Counted from the first letter of the stretch, positions 41,597 through 51,132 are shown. The stretch: DNA of 64,000 bases from an uncultured Holophagales bacterium (GCA_963842525.1 CAWJGT010000030.1:53163-117162); one strand, 5' to 3'. Numbers and translations are program-made. Notes: generated by a model not told the origin, from the sequence alone.

Positions 41597-43755
41597 GCGG
41601 CTCACCGGACCGCCTGTACGACCTCCTGCCGGCCTACTACCGGGAGCGCGACGTGGAGCTGGGCTCTCCGCTCCAGGCGCTCCTTAAGGTGATCGGCGAG
41701 CAGGTCAACGTCGTCGAGGACGATATCTCGCAATTGTACGAGAACTGGTTCATCGAGACCTGCGAGGACTGGGTGGTGCCGTACCTCGCCGACCTGATCG
41801 GCTGGCGCCCGGTCCAGGACGCGGGCGAGGCGGGCGACGTCAAGACCCTCCAGGGCCGGGAGCGCAACAAGGCCCTGGTGCCCCGGCGCGAGGTGGCGAA
41901 CACCCTTCGCTATCGGCGGCGCAAGGGGACGCTGGCCCTCTTGGAGCTGCTCGCCCGCGACGTGGCCGGCTGGCCGGCCCGGGCGGTCGAATTCCGCCTG
42001 CTGCTCGGCTGGACCCAGAACGTCCGGCATCTGCGTCCCCAGCAGGGCCGGACGGCGGACCTGCGCGACGGCGTTGCGCTCGAGCGGCTGGACGGCCCGT
42101 TCGACGAGATCGCGCACACCGTTGAAGCCCGGCGGCTCGCCTCGCGCCGCACCCCGGGCCGCTATGGCCTGCCTGCCGTCGGGCTCTTCCTGTGGCGGCT
42201 GCGCTCCTACTCCGTGACCAAGGTGCCGGCCTACTGCGCCGAGGACGCCGGCCCCCACTGCTACACCTTCAGCGTCCTGGGCAGCGATACCCAGCTCTTC
42301 GTCAACCCTCTGCCTGAGGCCGAGCCGACCGACATCGCGGGAGAGCTGAACGTGCCGGTCCGCATCACGCGGCGGGCTTTGGCGGCGGACCTGGCTTCTT
42401 ACTACGGTGAGGGGAAGAGCTTCCGGATCTGGCGAGGAGAGCCCGGACCCAAGAAGGGCGCGACGGTCTACAAGGAGGTCCCGCCGCAGGAGATCGTCGT
42501 CGCCGACCTGACCGACTGGCAGTACCGGCCCAAACCAGGCCAGGTGATCGTCGACCCTGAGTTGGGCCGGATCGCCTTCCCGCCGCGGCACCTGCCGAAG
42601 CGCGGAGTCCGGGTCACCTATCACTACGGCTTCAGCGCCGACCTGGGAGGAGGGGAGTACGACCGGCCGATCCGCCAGCCTGCCGGCGCCGAGGTCTTCC
42701 GGATCGGCGAGAACGAGAAGCTCAAGACCCTCGGCGATGCCCTGAAGCTCTGGCAGGATACCGCTGCCGGCAAGCCGGGTGTGATCGAGATCACCGACAG
42801 CGGCGTCTACACCGAGCCGCTGCGCATCGAGCTGAAAAAGGATCAGCGCCTGCAGATCCGCGCGGCCCGGCGCAAGCGCCCGGTCCTGCGGCTCCTGGAC
42901 TGGCAGAGCGGGCAGCCCGATTCGCTCTCCGTGCACGGCGAGGCCGGCAGCGAGGTGACCCTGGACGGCCTTCTGATCACCGGGCGGAGCGTCCAGATCC
43001 AGGGCGATCTGGCGGCCGTCACGATCCGCCACTCGACGCTGGTCCCCGGCTGGGGGCTGACCTCCGACTGCAAGCCGCGGCGGCCGGCCGAGCCGAGCCT
43101 CGAGCTGATCGATGTGAACGGGTGTGTGACCATCGAGCACAGCATCCTCGGCTCGATCCAGGTCGTCCACGACGAGGTCCTGGCCGACCCGGTCCCGATC
43201 CGCCTCTCCGACAGCATTCTGGACGCCACGAGTGAGCAGCGCGAGGCGCTGGGGGCGCCGGGGCATCCGGTGGCGCACGCGCGGCTGACGATCGAGCGCA
43301 GCACGGTCTTCGGCGAGGTCCAGGCCCACGCCATCGAGCTGGCCGAGAACAGCATCTTCGAGGGGCTCATCCAGGTGGCGCGGCGCCAGATCGGCTGCAT
43401 GCGCTTCTGTTCGTATCTGCCAGGCTCGCGCACGCCGCGCCGCTTCCAGTGCCAGCCCGACCTCGCCGAGCAGGCCGCGCTGGTTGGCATCGCAGACCCC
43501 GCCGAGCGCGCCGCTATCCGCGAGAGCGAGCGCCGGCGGGTCCGCCCCCAATTCGAGAGCAAGCACTACGGCACGCCCACCTATGCCCGGCTCGCCGCGA
43601 GTTGCGCCCGGGAGATCCGGCGTGGCGCCGACGACGAGTCCGAGATGGGCGTTTTCCACGACCTCTACGAGCCACAGCGGGAGGCCAACCTCCGCGCCCG
43701 GCTCGACGAATACACGCCGGCCGGCCTGGACGCGGGTCCGATCTTTGCCACCTAG
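41593..43755 (+). CDS. Tail protein I-like baseplate protein with beta-helix region
   Basis: LYDLLPAYYR.RD...QLYENWFIETC..WVVPYLADL...RRKGTL. ATGA overlap with the previous gene. Confidence 0.75.
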   Translation: MSGSPDRLYDLLPAYYRERDVELGSPLQALLKVIGEQVNVVEDDISQLYENWFIETCEDWVVPYLADLIGWRPVQDAGEAGDVKTLQGRERNKALVPRREVANTLRYRRRKGTLALLELLARDVAGWPARAVEFRLLLGWTQNVRHLRPQQGRTADLRDGVALERLDGPFDEIAHTVEARRLASRRTPGRYGLPAVGLFLWRLRSYSVTKVPAYCAEDAGPHCYTFSVLGSDTQLFVNPLPEAEPTDIAGELNVPVRITRRALAADLASYYGEGKSFRIWRGEPGPKKGATVYKEVPPQEIVVADLTDWQYRPKPGQVIVDPELGRIAFPPRHLPKRGVRVTYHYGFSADLGGGEYDRPIRQPAGAEVFRIGENEKLKTLGDALKLWQDTAAGKPGVIEITDSGVYTEPLRIELKKDQRLQIRAARRKRPVLRLLDWQSGQPDSLSVHGEAGSEVTLDGLLITGRSVQIQGDLAAVTIRHSTLVPGWGLTSDCKPRRPAEPSLELIDVNGCVTIEHSILGSIQVVHDEVLADPVPIRLSDSILDATSEQREALGAPGHPVAHARLTIERSTVFGEVQAHAIELAENSIFEGLIQVARRQIGCMRFCSYLPGSRTPRRFQCQPDLAEQAALVGIADPAERAAIRESERRRVRPQFESKHYGTPTYARLAASCAREIRRGADDESEMGVFHDLYEPQREANLRARLDEYTPAGLDAGPIFAT

Positions 43756-43775
43756 GCGCCAGCCAGGGAGGGATC

Positions 43776-45638
43776 ATGAAAGGCGATTTCACGCGTTGGA
43801 CGTTCGATCCGAAGAATCAGCTCACCCGCGTCCTGATGCAGCAGGGGCGCGTCCAGCTCGACGCCGATTGGAACGAGCAGACCTCCATCCTGCTGTACTA
43901 TCTGCGGACCCTGGCGGAGGACCTGATCGGACCGTTCGGAGGGCCGGCCAAAGCCGACGGCTCTTCGGGAGACGGCTTTCGATTGGTGCTCGATGCCAAG
44001 AACGGCGCGTCACCGGAGAAGAACCGTTTCCGCCTCCTCAAGGGCCGCTATTACGTCGGCGGGCTCCTGGTGGAAAACCTGGAAGAAAGGGTCTACGACC
44101 GCACGGCGGACACCAAGCCGCCGGGGATGGGCGGCCCGGGCACCTATCTGCTCTATCTCGATGTCTGGGAGCGGCACATCACCTATCTCCAGGACGACCG
44201 GATCCGCGAGGTGGCCCTGGGCGGACCGGACACGGCCACACGCGCGCAGATGGCCTGGCGGCTGCGGGCCATCTCGAAGCACCCGAATCCGCTGGAGACG
44301 GGCCTGGACCCCGACACATCGTGCGCTGACGTGCGCAAGCATTGGGAAGGCTGGGTCGGGGACTGGCAACCGGTCAACCGGGGAATGCTCAAGGCAGAGG
44401 CCAAGAGATCGGAGTCCAGTACGAGCGACCCCTGCATCGCCGCGCCCGAGGCGCGGTACACCGGCGAGAACCAGCTCTACCGGGTCGAGATCCACAAAGG
44501 GGGGCTCGCGGCCGAGGCGTCGTTCAAGTGGTCCCGGGAGAACGGGTCAGTCGTCTTCCCGATCCGGAGCGCGTCCATTCCTTCCGGCGGCAAGGGGACG
44601 GCGCTGACCCTGGAGCATCTGGGGCGCGACCAGCGGTTCGGCCTTGAAAAGGGGAGCTGGGTGGAGGTGCTGGACGACGACTCCGAGGACGGAGCGCAGC
44701 CGCTCCTGCAGGTGGAGTCTGTGGATACGGACCGGCTCCAGGTGACGCTCAAAGGGACGCCGGACGTCGAGCTGTCCAGGCACCCGTTCCTGCGCCGTTG
44801 GGATCAGAAGGCCCGGGATCTGCCGATCAAGGAGGGTGCCTGGGTGGATCTGGAGGATGGGATCAGGATCTCCTTCGATCCGGCAGGGAAAGGACAGGAC
44901 CCTCACAGCTACTCCCCGGGCGATCACTGGCTGATCCCCGCGCGCACCGCGACAGGCGACGTGGAATGGCCACGGGTGAAAGAGGCGCAGGATGAGAAGG
45001 AGGCCGAGGTCGCCAAACCCTTGCCGCCGCACGGCGTGGAGCACCGCTTCGCTCCCCTCGGCCTGGTGACGTTCGCGCCTTCCGATGGTGCTGTGACGGT
45101 CAAGGACTGCCGCAGGACCATCGGGGCCCGGGTCCAGGCCCTGGATACCGGCACGGCGGATTGGGAGCTGGTCAGTGCGCTCGACCAGGCAGGTGGGAAG
45201 ATCACCGTTTTCGATCCGCTCCCCAGGCGAGCGGAGATCGTGGGCAAAATCCCGACGGTCCCGCCAACTGTCTGGGACGACACCGAGCTGAGGCCCGCTC
45301 GTTGGATTTCGGGGAACGCCAATCTGACGAACGCACCGGTCGGCACCTATACGTACCAGTTGAAGTTCCATCTGGGCTCCCGCGACGCATCGCTCTCGCT
45401 GCGGCTTCTGGCGGACAACGCGGCGAAGGTCACGCTCAACGGCAAGGGCGTCGTCGACCATCCCGAGAGTGCGGGCTCTGAGGGGAGGCCGACCTCGAAG
45501 GAGGTCGATCCGGCCTTCTTCGTGGTGGGAGACAACGTCCTCAAAGTCGAGGTCACGAATGCCGACGGCACAGCCAGCGGCGCCACTCCCACGGGTTTCG
45601 TCCTCAGCGGGAGCCTGCAGACCAGTTGCTGTTGTTAG
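43776..45638 (+). CDS. DUF6519 protein (fibre-like) with C-terminal jelly-roll lectin-like domain
   Basis: MKGDFTR...VLMQQGRVQLDADWNE, YLDVWER, ENQLYRVEIH, FKWSRENGS, W.IPART. C-terminal WI...Y...F...ADN...LNG...N.L.V.V.N...P.G. Confidence 0.78.
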   Translation: MKGDFTRWTFDPKNQLTRVLMQQGRVQLDADWNEQTSILLYYLRTLAEDLIGPFGGPAKADGSSGDGFRLVLDAKNGASPEKNRFRLLKGRYYVGGLLVENLEERVYDRTADTKPPGMGGPGTYLLYLDVWERHITYLQDDRIREVALGGPDTATRAQMAWRLRAISKHPNPLETGLDPDTSCADVRKHWEGWVGDWQPVNRGMLKAEAKRSESSTSDPCIAAPEARYTGENQLYRVEIHKGGLAAEASFKWSRENGSVVFPIRSASIPSGGKGTALTLEHLGRDQRFGLEKGSWVEVLDDDSEDGAQPLLQVESVDTDRLQVTLKGTPDVELSRHPFLRRWDQKARDLPIKEGAWVDLEDGIRISFDPAGKGQDPHSYSPGDHWLIPARTATGDVEWPRVKEAQDEKEAEVAKPLPPHGVEHRFAPLGLVTFAPSDGAVTVKDCRRTIGARVQALDTGTADWELVSALDQAGGKITVFDPLPRRAEIVGKIPTVPPTVWDDTELRPARWISGNANLTNAPVGTYTYQLKFHLGSRDASLSLRLLADNAAKVTLNGKGVVDHPESAGSEGRPTSKEVDPAFFVVGDNVLKVEVTNADGTASGATPTGFVLSGSLQTSCCC

Positions 45639-45724
45639 CCGCGCCTCGGGCAAACCTCGGCGCTCCCTCGGCCCGAAAGCCAGGGGAGCGGGTTAGCCTG
45701 ACCTCGTCACGAAAGGAGCGACGC

Positions 45725-47197
45725 ATGCAAGTGACGAGAGCCGACTTCCTCCGCTATGTCTCCCTGGGCGCGGGTCTGACCGCCGTCGGGCTCACCGCGA
45801 GGGCCGGGGAGGCGTCCTCTTCCTCTCCCGTGGATTCGAAGGGCGCGGCTCCCGTCGAGCCGCCGGATCTGCTCGACTCGCAACGCTTCCGGCAGGCGGT
45901 GGCCCGGGGCGACCTCGCCGCGGCGCAGCGGTACCTGGACAAGGACAAGGCCCTGGCGTGGAGCCGGGACGAGCAGGGGCGGTCGGTGTTCGCCCTCGCC
46001 GCGTTGGCCGGCCATGCGGAGGTCGCCGAGGCCCTGCGGCCTTATCTCGGCGGGCTCGACATGGTCGAGGCAGTGCTCGCGGGAGATGCAAAGCGGGTCG
46101 GCGAGCTGGTGGAGAAGTTCCCGCGCATGGTCAACGAGATCCATCCGATCGGCGGCACCGCCGTGCACACTGCCGTCCGGCGCGGCCGGCTCGACCTGCT
46201 GTTCGCGCTCCTGCGGGCCGCCCCGGACTTCAACCTCCCCTCCGCGCCGCCCGAGGCTCTCACGCCGTTGCGTCTGGCCGTGGACCATCCGGAGGTCGGG
46301 ATCTCCGAGGCGCTGGTCGACGGCATGGCCGGCAACGGCGGCGATACGAATGCGAAGCAGGGGGACGGCCTCTCCGCCCTGCACGCAGCGGCCGCTGCGG
46401 GCCGGGCGGAGGTGGTCCGCATCCTGGTCTTCGCGGGAGCCGATCCGGAGGCGCGCACACCGCAAGGCGAGACCCCGCTCGACCTCGCGCGGCGCCACGG
46501 TCACAAAGAGACGATTGAGCTGCTGCGCGATCCCGCCCGGCTGCCGCGCAGGCACCGCACCTCGCGCTTCCTCTACACCGCCGACGGTAGCCGGTTCGAG
46601 AAGAAGGAACAGCCGCCGATCCCCTGGCCGATCATCAACGAATTCGTGGGCGTCTCGCACGGCAACTTCCAGAGGATGCGAGAGCTGCTCGCGATCTATC
46701 CCAACCTCCTCCACGTCAACGCCTCGTGGGACGAGCTGGCGGTCGAGGCCGGTGCGCACGTCGGCTTCAAGGAAGGGGTCCGGTTCCTGCTCGACCAGGG
46801 AGCCCCGTGCGCCCTCCCCACGGCGGCCATGATGGGCATGACCGGGCATGTCCGGAAGCTGCTCGCCGAAGATCCCGGCCGCATTTGGGAGTGCGGCGCC
46901 CACATCATGCCGCCGATCTGGTTCCCGGCGATCGGCGGCGGCACGGCGGACCACCTGGAGATCGCCAAGCTCCTGCTCGACGCCGGGGCCGACGTGAACG
47001 CCCACAAGCGAGGGCAGACCGCGCTCCACTGGGCCGCCCGTGGCGGTCAGATGGACATGGCGGGGCTGCTGCTCGCCCGCGGAGCGAATCCCAAGGCGCA
47101 GTCCTGGACCGCCGATGGAATCGTGACACCCCTGATGGCGGCCGAGAAGGCGGAAAAGAAGGATCTGGCGGAGCTGCTGCGGCGGGCCGGGGCGTAG
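45725..47197 (+). CDS. Exported ankyrin-repeat protein
   Basis: RBS AAAGGAG. Tat-like leader (TRADFL). Ankyrin repeats GLSALHAAA, GETPLDLA, GQTALHWAA and TPLMAA. Confidence 0.85.
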   Translation: MQVTRADFLRYVSLGAGLTAVGLTARAGEASSSSPVDSKGAAPVEPPDLLDSQRFRQAVARGDLAAAQRYLDKDKALAWSRDEQGRSVFALAALAGHAEVAEALRPYLGGLDMVEAVLAGDAKRVGELVEKFPRMVNEIHPIGGTAVHTAVRRGRLDLLFALLRAAPDFNLPSAPPEALTPLRLAVDHPEVGISEALVDGMAGNGGDTNAKQGDGLSALHAAAAAGRAEVVRILVFAGADPEARTPQGETPLDLARRHGHKETIELLRDPARLPRRHRTSRFLYTADGSRFEKKEQPPIPWPIINEFVGVSHGNFQRMRELLAIYPNLLHVNASWDELAVEAGAHVGFKEGVRFLLDQGAPCALPTAAMMGMTGHVRKLLAEDPGRIWECGAHIMPPIWFPAIGGGTADHLEIAKLLLDAGADVNAHKRGQTALHWAARGGQMDMAGLLLARGANPKAQSWTADGIVTPLMAAEKAEKKDLAELLRRAGA

Positions 47198-47200
47198 TCC

Positions 47201-47548
47201 TCACCCCGGCATGATGTAGAAGAATGCCGCGATCGCCAGCGCGCTCAGGACCAGGACGATTCCGTTCAGGGCCAGCGCGACTTTGGCGGTCCCCCGGGTC
47301 TCCGGCCTGCGCAGGGCCAGGAGCCCGAAGAGGAGGCCGATTCCCGCGATGACCGGGACCGAGAAGGCGGTGAGGACCGGCCGGTAGAAGAAGCCCCGTC
47401 CCTGCGGCAGCAGGGCGATCAGGAACCGCGCCCCCAGCGCTGCCACGAAGCAGACCAGGGACAGCACGTGCCAGGCGTCTGGCATCGAGATGACGGCATA
47501 CTCGCCGCCAAACGGATCGGGAGACTCATCCTCCTTCATGGCTGCCAA
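47201..47548 (-). CDS. Small three-TM membrane protein (start uncertain)
   Basis: Three hydrophobic segments, lying downstream of the wHTH-TPR gene. Confidence 0.6.
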   Translation of the reverse strand: MAAMKEDESPDPFGGEYAVISMPDAWHVLSLVCFVAALGARFLIALLPQGRGFFYRPVLTAFSVPVIAGIGLLFGLLALRRPETRGTAKVALALNGIVLVLSALAIAAFFYIMPG

Positions 47549-49424
47549 ACCCGATCCGCGCGATCAGGCTTTCGAACCGCGGGTCCGTCCGCACCGCGTC
47601 GAAGGCCGGATCGACCTCTGCTGAAGCGGCTGACGGATCGCGCTCCTCGACCGCCCGCTCGAGCTCCGCCAGGGCCTGCTCGCGATCGCCGAGCTCGGCA
47701 TACTGCGCGGCACGGGCGTATGGGGAGGCATATCCCTTCCCGGCCCGGGCCTGAAGACGCGCCAGTCTCCATTCCCCGATCTTCCGGATCGCCGCGGCCG
47801 GATCGACAGGCAGGGCCGCTAGCTCGTCCGGGGTCATCCCCTCCTGGCGGGCGCCGGTCTTCGCATGGGCGAGGGCCTCGGGAAGGCGGCCCTGGCGGGC
47901 GAGGGCCCTCTCCAGGCATTGGCGGGCGGGGAGGAAGCGCGGCTCCATCTCCAGGGTGCGCTGCATTTCGCGGATCGCTTCGGGGTAGCGCCGCGCCCGG
48001 TAGTAGACCCAGCCGACGTCGGCGTTGGCGCGGATCGAGAGGGGCTCGAGGTCCTGCGCGGCGCGGATCTCGGCCAGGGCCTCCTCGAATCGTTTGCGGG
48101 CGAGGAGGAACCAGGCGTAGTCGTGGTGGGCCGTCGCGGAGCTGGGATTGAGCGCCAGGGCGCGCCGGAATTCCTTCTCGGCCGCCGGGCCGTCCCGGTG
48201 GTAGCGGAAGAGGATCGAGCCCAGGGTGGCGTGGGTGTCGGCGAGGGAGTCGTCCAGCTCCAGGGCCTTGCGGGCGGCGGCTTCGGCCGGCGGGTAGGTC
48301 TCGCGCGGCGACTGGAGGCCGAAGATCGCCAGCATGTGGAGCGCGTCCGCGAGCCCGGCCCGGGCCGCGGCCGAGCCCGGATCGAGCGCAATCGCCTCTT
48401 CGAAAGCCACGACGCTGCGGCGCAGGTCGTCCGGCATCCCGCGGCTCAGCAGGTCCCGTCCTTTGAGATAGGCCTCGTGGGCCTGTGGGTTGGCGGCCGA
48501 GGCGCTGCCGAGGGCCGAGCGCTCGGCCGGGAGCAGCTCCAGCGCCAGGGCGTCGGCCACGTGCTCGGCGACGCGGCTCTGCAGGTGGAGCGTGCCCCAG
48601 AGGCTGAGGTCCTGGCAGTCGCTCCAGATCGTGGTCTGGTCGCTCGCCTGGATCAGCCGGGCGGTGACGCGCACCCGTTCGCCTTCGCGGCGGACGCTCC
48701 CCTCCAGGAGATAGTCGGCGTCGAGCTCGCGGGCGATGGTCCGCAGGTCGTCCTTCCGGCCCTTGAGCGCCATGACGGATGTGCGGCCGATGACCCCCAG
48801 CCGGTCCGGCTTGAGGCCGCCGAGCCGGGTGATCAGCTCCTCGGTGAGCCCGTCGCTCAGCCACTCCTGGGACCGATCGCCGCTCAGGTTTTCGAACGGC
48901 AGCACGGCGAGCCGTACCCGCTCCGAAGCCTCTGAAATCGGCCTGATCGACCGCCGCTCCACCCAGATCGCCGCGATCAGCACGAACCCGGCGAGCAGAG
49001 CCAACCCCAGCCACCACCGCGGCACCAGGCGTGGAGTCTGTTTTTCTCCCCCTCTCCCGGGGGAAGGGGGGGCGATGGGAGAGGGGGCCGGGGGGTGAGG
49101 CGCCAGCCGGTATCCCCGTTTCGGGATCGTCTGGATGTGCTCCGGCTTGCGAGGATCGTCTCCCAGGGCCCGGCGCAGCTCCGCGATGCTCCGCCAGACC
49201 ACGTCATCGCTGACGAACCGCCCCTCCCAGACCTCGCGGACCAGCTCCTCCTTGGAGATCACCTCGCCCGGCCGAGCTGCCAGACAGGCCAGCACTTCCA
49301 TGACCTTGCGCTCGACCTGGACGGAGCCCGCCGGCCCCTCGATGCGGTTGAGGTCGGGGCGGACAACCCGGTCACCGATGCGGAGCTCGGCGGCGGCCGG
49401 ATGGGAGGACGGCTCGGAGGCCAT
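47526..49424 (-). CDS. CadC/OmpR-type winged-helix + TM + TolB-N-like + TPR regulator
   Basis: ISKEELVREVW...IAELRRALGD...IQTIPKRGYRL, one TM, LAVLPFENLSGD...DGLTEELI, then TPRs. Confidence 0.88.
   Translation of the reverse strand: MASEPSSHPAAAELRIGDRVVRPDLNRIEGPAGSVQVERKVMEVLACLAARPGEVISKEELVREVWEGRFVSDDVVWRSIAELRRALGDDPRKPEHIQTIPKRGYRLAPHPPAPSPIAPPSPGRGGEKQTPRLVPRWWLGLALLAGFVLIAAIWVERRSIRPISEASERVRLAVLPFENLSGDRSQEWLSDGLTEELITRLGGLKPDRLGVIGRTSVMALKGRKDDLRTIARELDADYLLEGSVRREGERVRVTARLIQASDQTTIWSDCQDLSLWGTLHLQSRVAEHVADALALELLPAERSALGSASAANPQAHEAYLKGRDLLSRGMPDDLRRSVVAFEEAIALDPGSAAARAGLADALHMLAIFGLQSPRETYPPAEAAARKALELDDSLADTHATLGSILFRYHRDGPAAEKEFRRALALNPSSATAHHDYAWFLLARKRFEEALAEIRAAQDLEPLSIRANADVGWVYYRARRYPEAIREMQRTLEMEPRFLPARQCLERALARQGRLPEALAHAKTGARQEGMTPDELAALPVDPAAAIRKIGEWRLARLQARAGKGYASPYARAAQYAELGDREQALAELERAVEERDPSAASAEVDPAFDAVRTDPRFESLIARIGFGSHEGG
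49046..49100. repeat. Half copy of the palindromic element, in-frame in the wHTH-TM linker
   Basis: CTCCCCCTCTCCCGGGGGAAGGGGGGGCGATGGGAGAGGGGGCCGGGGGGTGAGG, encoding PHPPAPSPIAPPSPGRGGE. Confidence 0.85.
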
Positions 49425-49572
49425 GGGAGCAGTGTAGCCGAACGCCGCGCCAAAGATTCTTTGGCGAGTTATGACAGATTTGGGGTCTGTTTTTCGTCTT
49501 TTTATACCCGTAGAAGCGCCCGCCGCGCCGCCGGATACCCCGGCGGATTCGCAAACTCTACGGGAGAACCCA

Positions 49573-50180
49573 TTGAGCCACGATCAACTCGTGAAGGAGA
49601 TCCTGCGCGTCTTCTTCGCCGACTTCCTCTCTCTGGTCCTGCCAGGAGTGGCCAGGCGGCTGAGGCTGGGCAGGCAGGAATTCCTGGACAAGGAGCTGTT
49701 CACCGACTGGCCCCGCGGAAAACGGCGACGCGGGCCGAGCTGAAGATGGCCTGCCTGCGGCGGATCGCGGCGGCCGGTCTGACGGACAACCAGAGCTTCA
49801 TGCTGGTCAATTTCGTCGAAACGTATCTACAATTAACAGGGCGGCAGGCCGAGGAATTCGACAGCCTGCACCAGCAAGCCGAGAACGAGGAGGTGGTTGC
49901 CGTGCGGATGACATGGGCGGAACAGATCGAAGCGGAAGGGCTCAAGAAGGGCTTGGAGCAAGGTCTTGAGAAGGGTCTCGAAGCGGGTCGCAAGGAGGGC
50001 CGTGCAGCGGGCCACAAGGAGGGCCGAGCGGAGGGGATCGAGGCTTTGCGGCATATCGTCCTGCTCCAACTGGAGCAACGCTTCGGGGCGGTGCCGAAGA
50101 CGGCGAGACGGAAGCTCGAAAAGATCGCCGGGCTCGAGCCCCTGACGCATCTCGCCGAGAGGGTCGTCGTCGCGAGCTGA
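49573..50180 (+). pseudogene. Rpn/YhgA-like putative transposase with internal deletion and frameshift
   Basis: N-terminus HDQLVKEILRVFFADFL...FLDKELFTD joins at ~49730, out of frame, to the C-terminus (FVETYLQL...TWAE...EG...G repeats, QLEQRFG). The nuclease core is absent. Confidence 0.7.
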
Positions 50181-50224
50181 CTCGAGGAGCTCGGGCTTTA
50201 GTGGTCCATCGAGGAGGAATCGGC

Positions 50225-50521
50225 ATGTACCTGATCCGTGACGTCTTCCGTTGCAAGCCGGGCAAGGCCGGCGAGCTGGCCCAGCGGTTCAAGCGGGTGA
50301 TCTCCGTGTGGGACGAGCATGACGGCTTCAAGAACGGCCGCGTCATGATCGACTTCGTGGCGAATTACTGGACCGTGGTCCTCCAGGCCGAGGTGGAGGA
50401 GCTCGCGCAGTTCGAGGGGCATATGAAGTCGTACGGCTCGCGGCCGGAGTTCAAGGAGGCCATGGCCGGCTATACGGACCTCGTCGAGAGCGGCTATCGC
50501 GAGATCTATCGCATCGTGTAG
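50225..50521 (+). CDS. Small dimeric alpha/beta-barrel (NIPSNAP-like) protein
   Basis: RBS GAGGAGG. IRDVFRCKPGKA.EL...YWTVVL..E...LV.SG.REIYRI. Confidence 0.7.
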   Translation: MYLIRDVFRCKPGKAGELAQRFKRVISVWDEHDGFKNGRVMIDFVANYWTVVLQAEVEELAQFEGHMKSYGSRPEFKEAMAGYTDLVESGYREIYRIV

Positions 50522-50572
50522 GCCCCACGGTCCTTGACGCGGAAAGGGGGACGAAGAGAGGTCGGGCGCGGT

Positions 50573-50599
50573 GGGGAGCGCCTGAACGGCGCGCTCCCC
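50573..50599. terminator. Hairpin downstream of the 50225 gene
   Basis: GGGGAGCGC-N9-GCGCTCCCC. Confidence 0.45.
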
Positions 50600-50928
50600 G
50601 GTCGCGCGAGCCAGCATCAGCCGGCTCTTGATATCTTCCTGCGGTACGACTCTGCTGGATCCATTCTCACGTAAGGGGTTGTCTCACCTCCTGGATAAAG
50701 GATTTCGTTTTCCTCCGGCATCTCGGCCCACGTCGCGGCCCGGAGCGGATTCCCCGAAGGGGCGGGGAGAAGGGCGGGCTCTCCAGCGGCCTGACGGCGC
50801 GGGCTCCGGCCGGGGGGTACGCGCCAGATGAACGTCGACGGAAAGCGCTGTGCGCCGATCCGAAGCATCATGGTCCTCTATAAAAAGAGTGTGCGCCGGA
50901 CGGCGTTGCGGGACAGCGGAAGGCGGGG

Positions 50929-50954
50929 AGGGAGGCGCCGGGCGGCGCCTCCCT
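50929..50954 (-). terminator. Strong hairpin immediately 3' of the micro-peptide gene
   Basis: AGGGAGGCGCCG-gg-CGGCGCCTCCCT perfect inverted repeat, 9 bp after the stop codon. Confidence 0.6.
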
Positions 50955-50963
50955 GGGCTCGGT

Positions 50964-51020
50964 CTAGTCGGCGCCGGTCATCACAATGCCGCCAGCCTTG
51001 ACCTTGGTCTTGATCTTCAT
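50964..51020 (-). CDS. 18-aa double-glycine precursor peptide MKIKTKVKAGGIVMTGAD (absent from the ORF track)
   Basis: RBS GAGGGG 7 nt before the ATG, codons mostly ending in G/C, AG/GG cleavage motif, and location directly downstream of a co-oriented C39-peptidase ABC/HlyD operon. Confidence 0.75.
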   Translation of the reverse strand: MKIKTKVKAGGIVMTGAD

Positions 51021-51067
51021 ATTGGGTCCCCTCAGGTTGGAAGACGCCGTCGTTCCGGAGCCTCCTG

Positions 51068-51095
51068 TAGACAGATGTCTCAGGGCGAGATTTCA
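51068..51095 (-). promoter_or_regulatory. Possible ECF-sigma-type promoter for the micro-peptide
   Basis: Minus strand TGAAAT-N16-TGTCTA, about 47 bp upstream of the ATG. Confidence 0.3.
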
Positions 51096-51132
51096 TTTCA
51101 GATGCGGCAGGAAAGAGAGCTGGCGGATGAGG

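Noticed and set aside
19565-45638. Prophage or T6SS
   Set aside because: No capsid, portal, terminase, integrase or TssJLM/ClpV genes. DUF4255, the Afp15-type ATPase and DUF4157 point to an eCIS.
50617-51096. ORFs 50617..50871 and 50878..51096 as peptide precursors
   Set aside because: No RBS or leader features. The 18-aa ORF in another frame has an RBS, typical codons and a GG motif.
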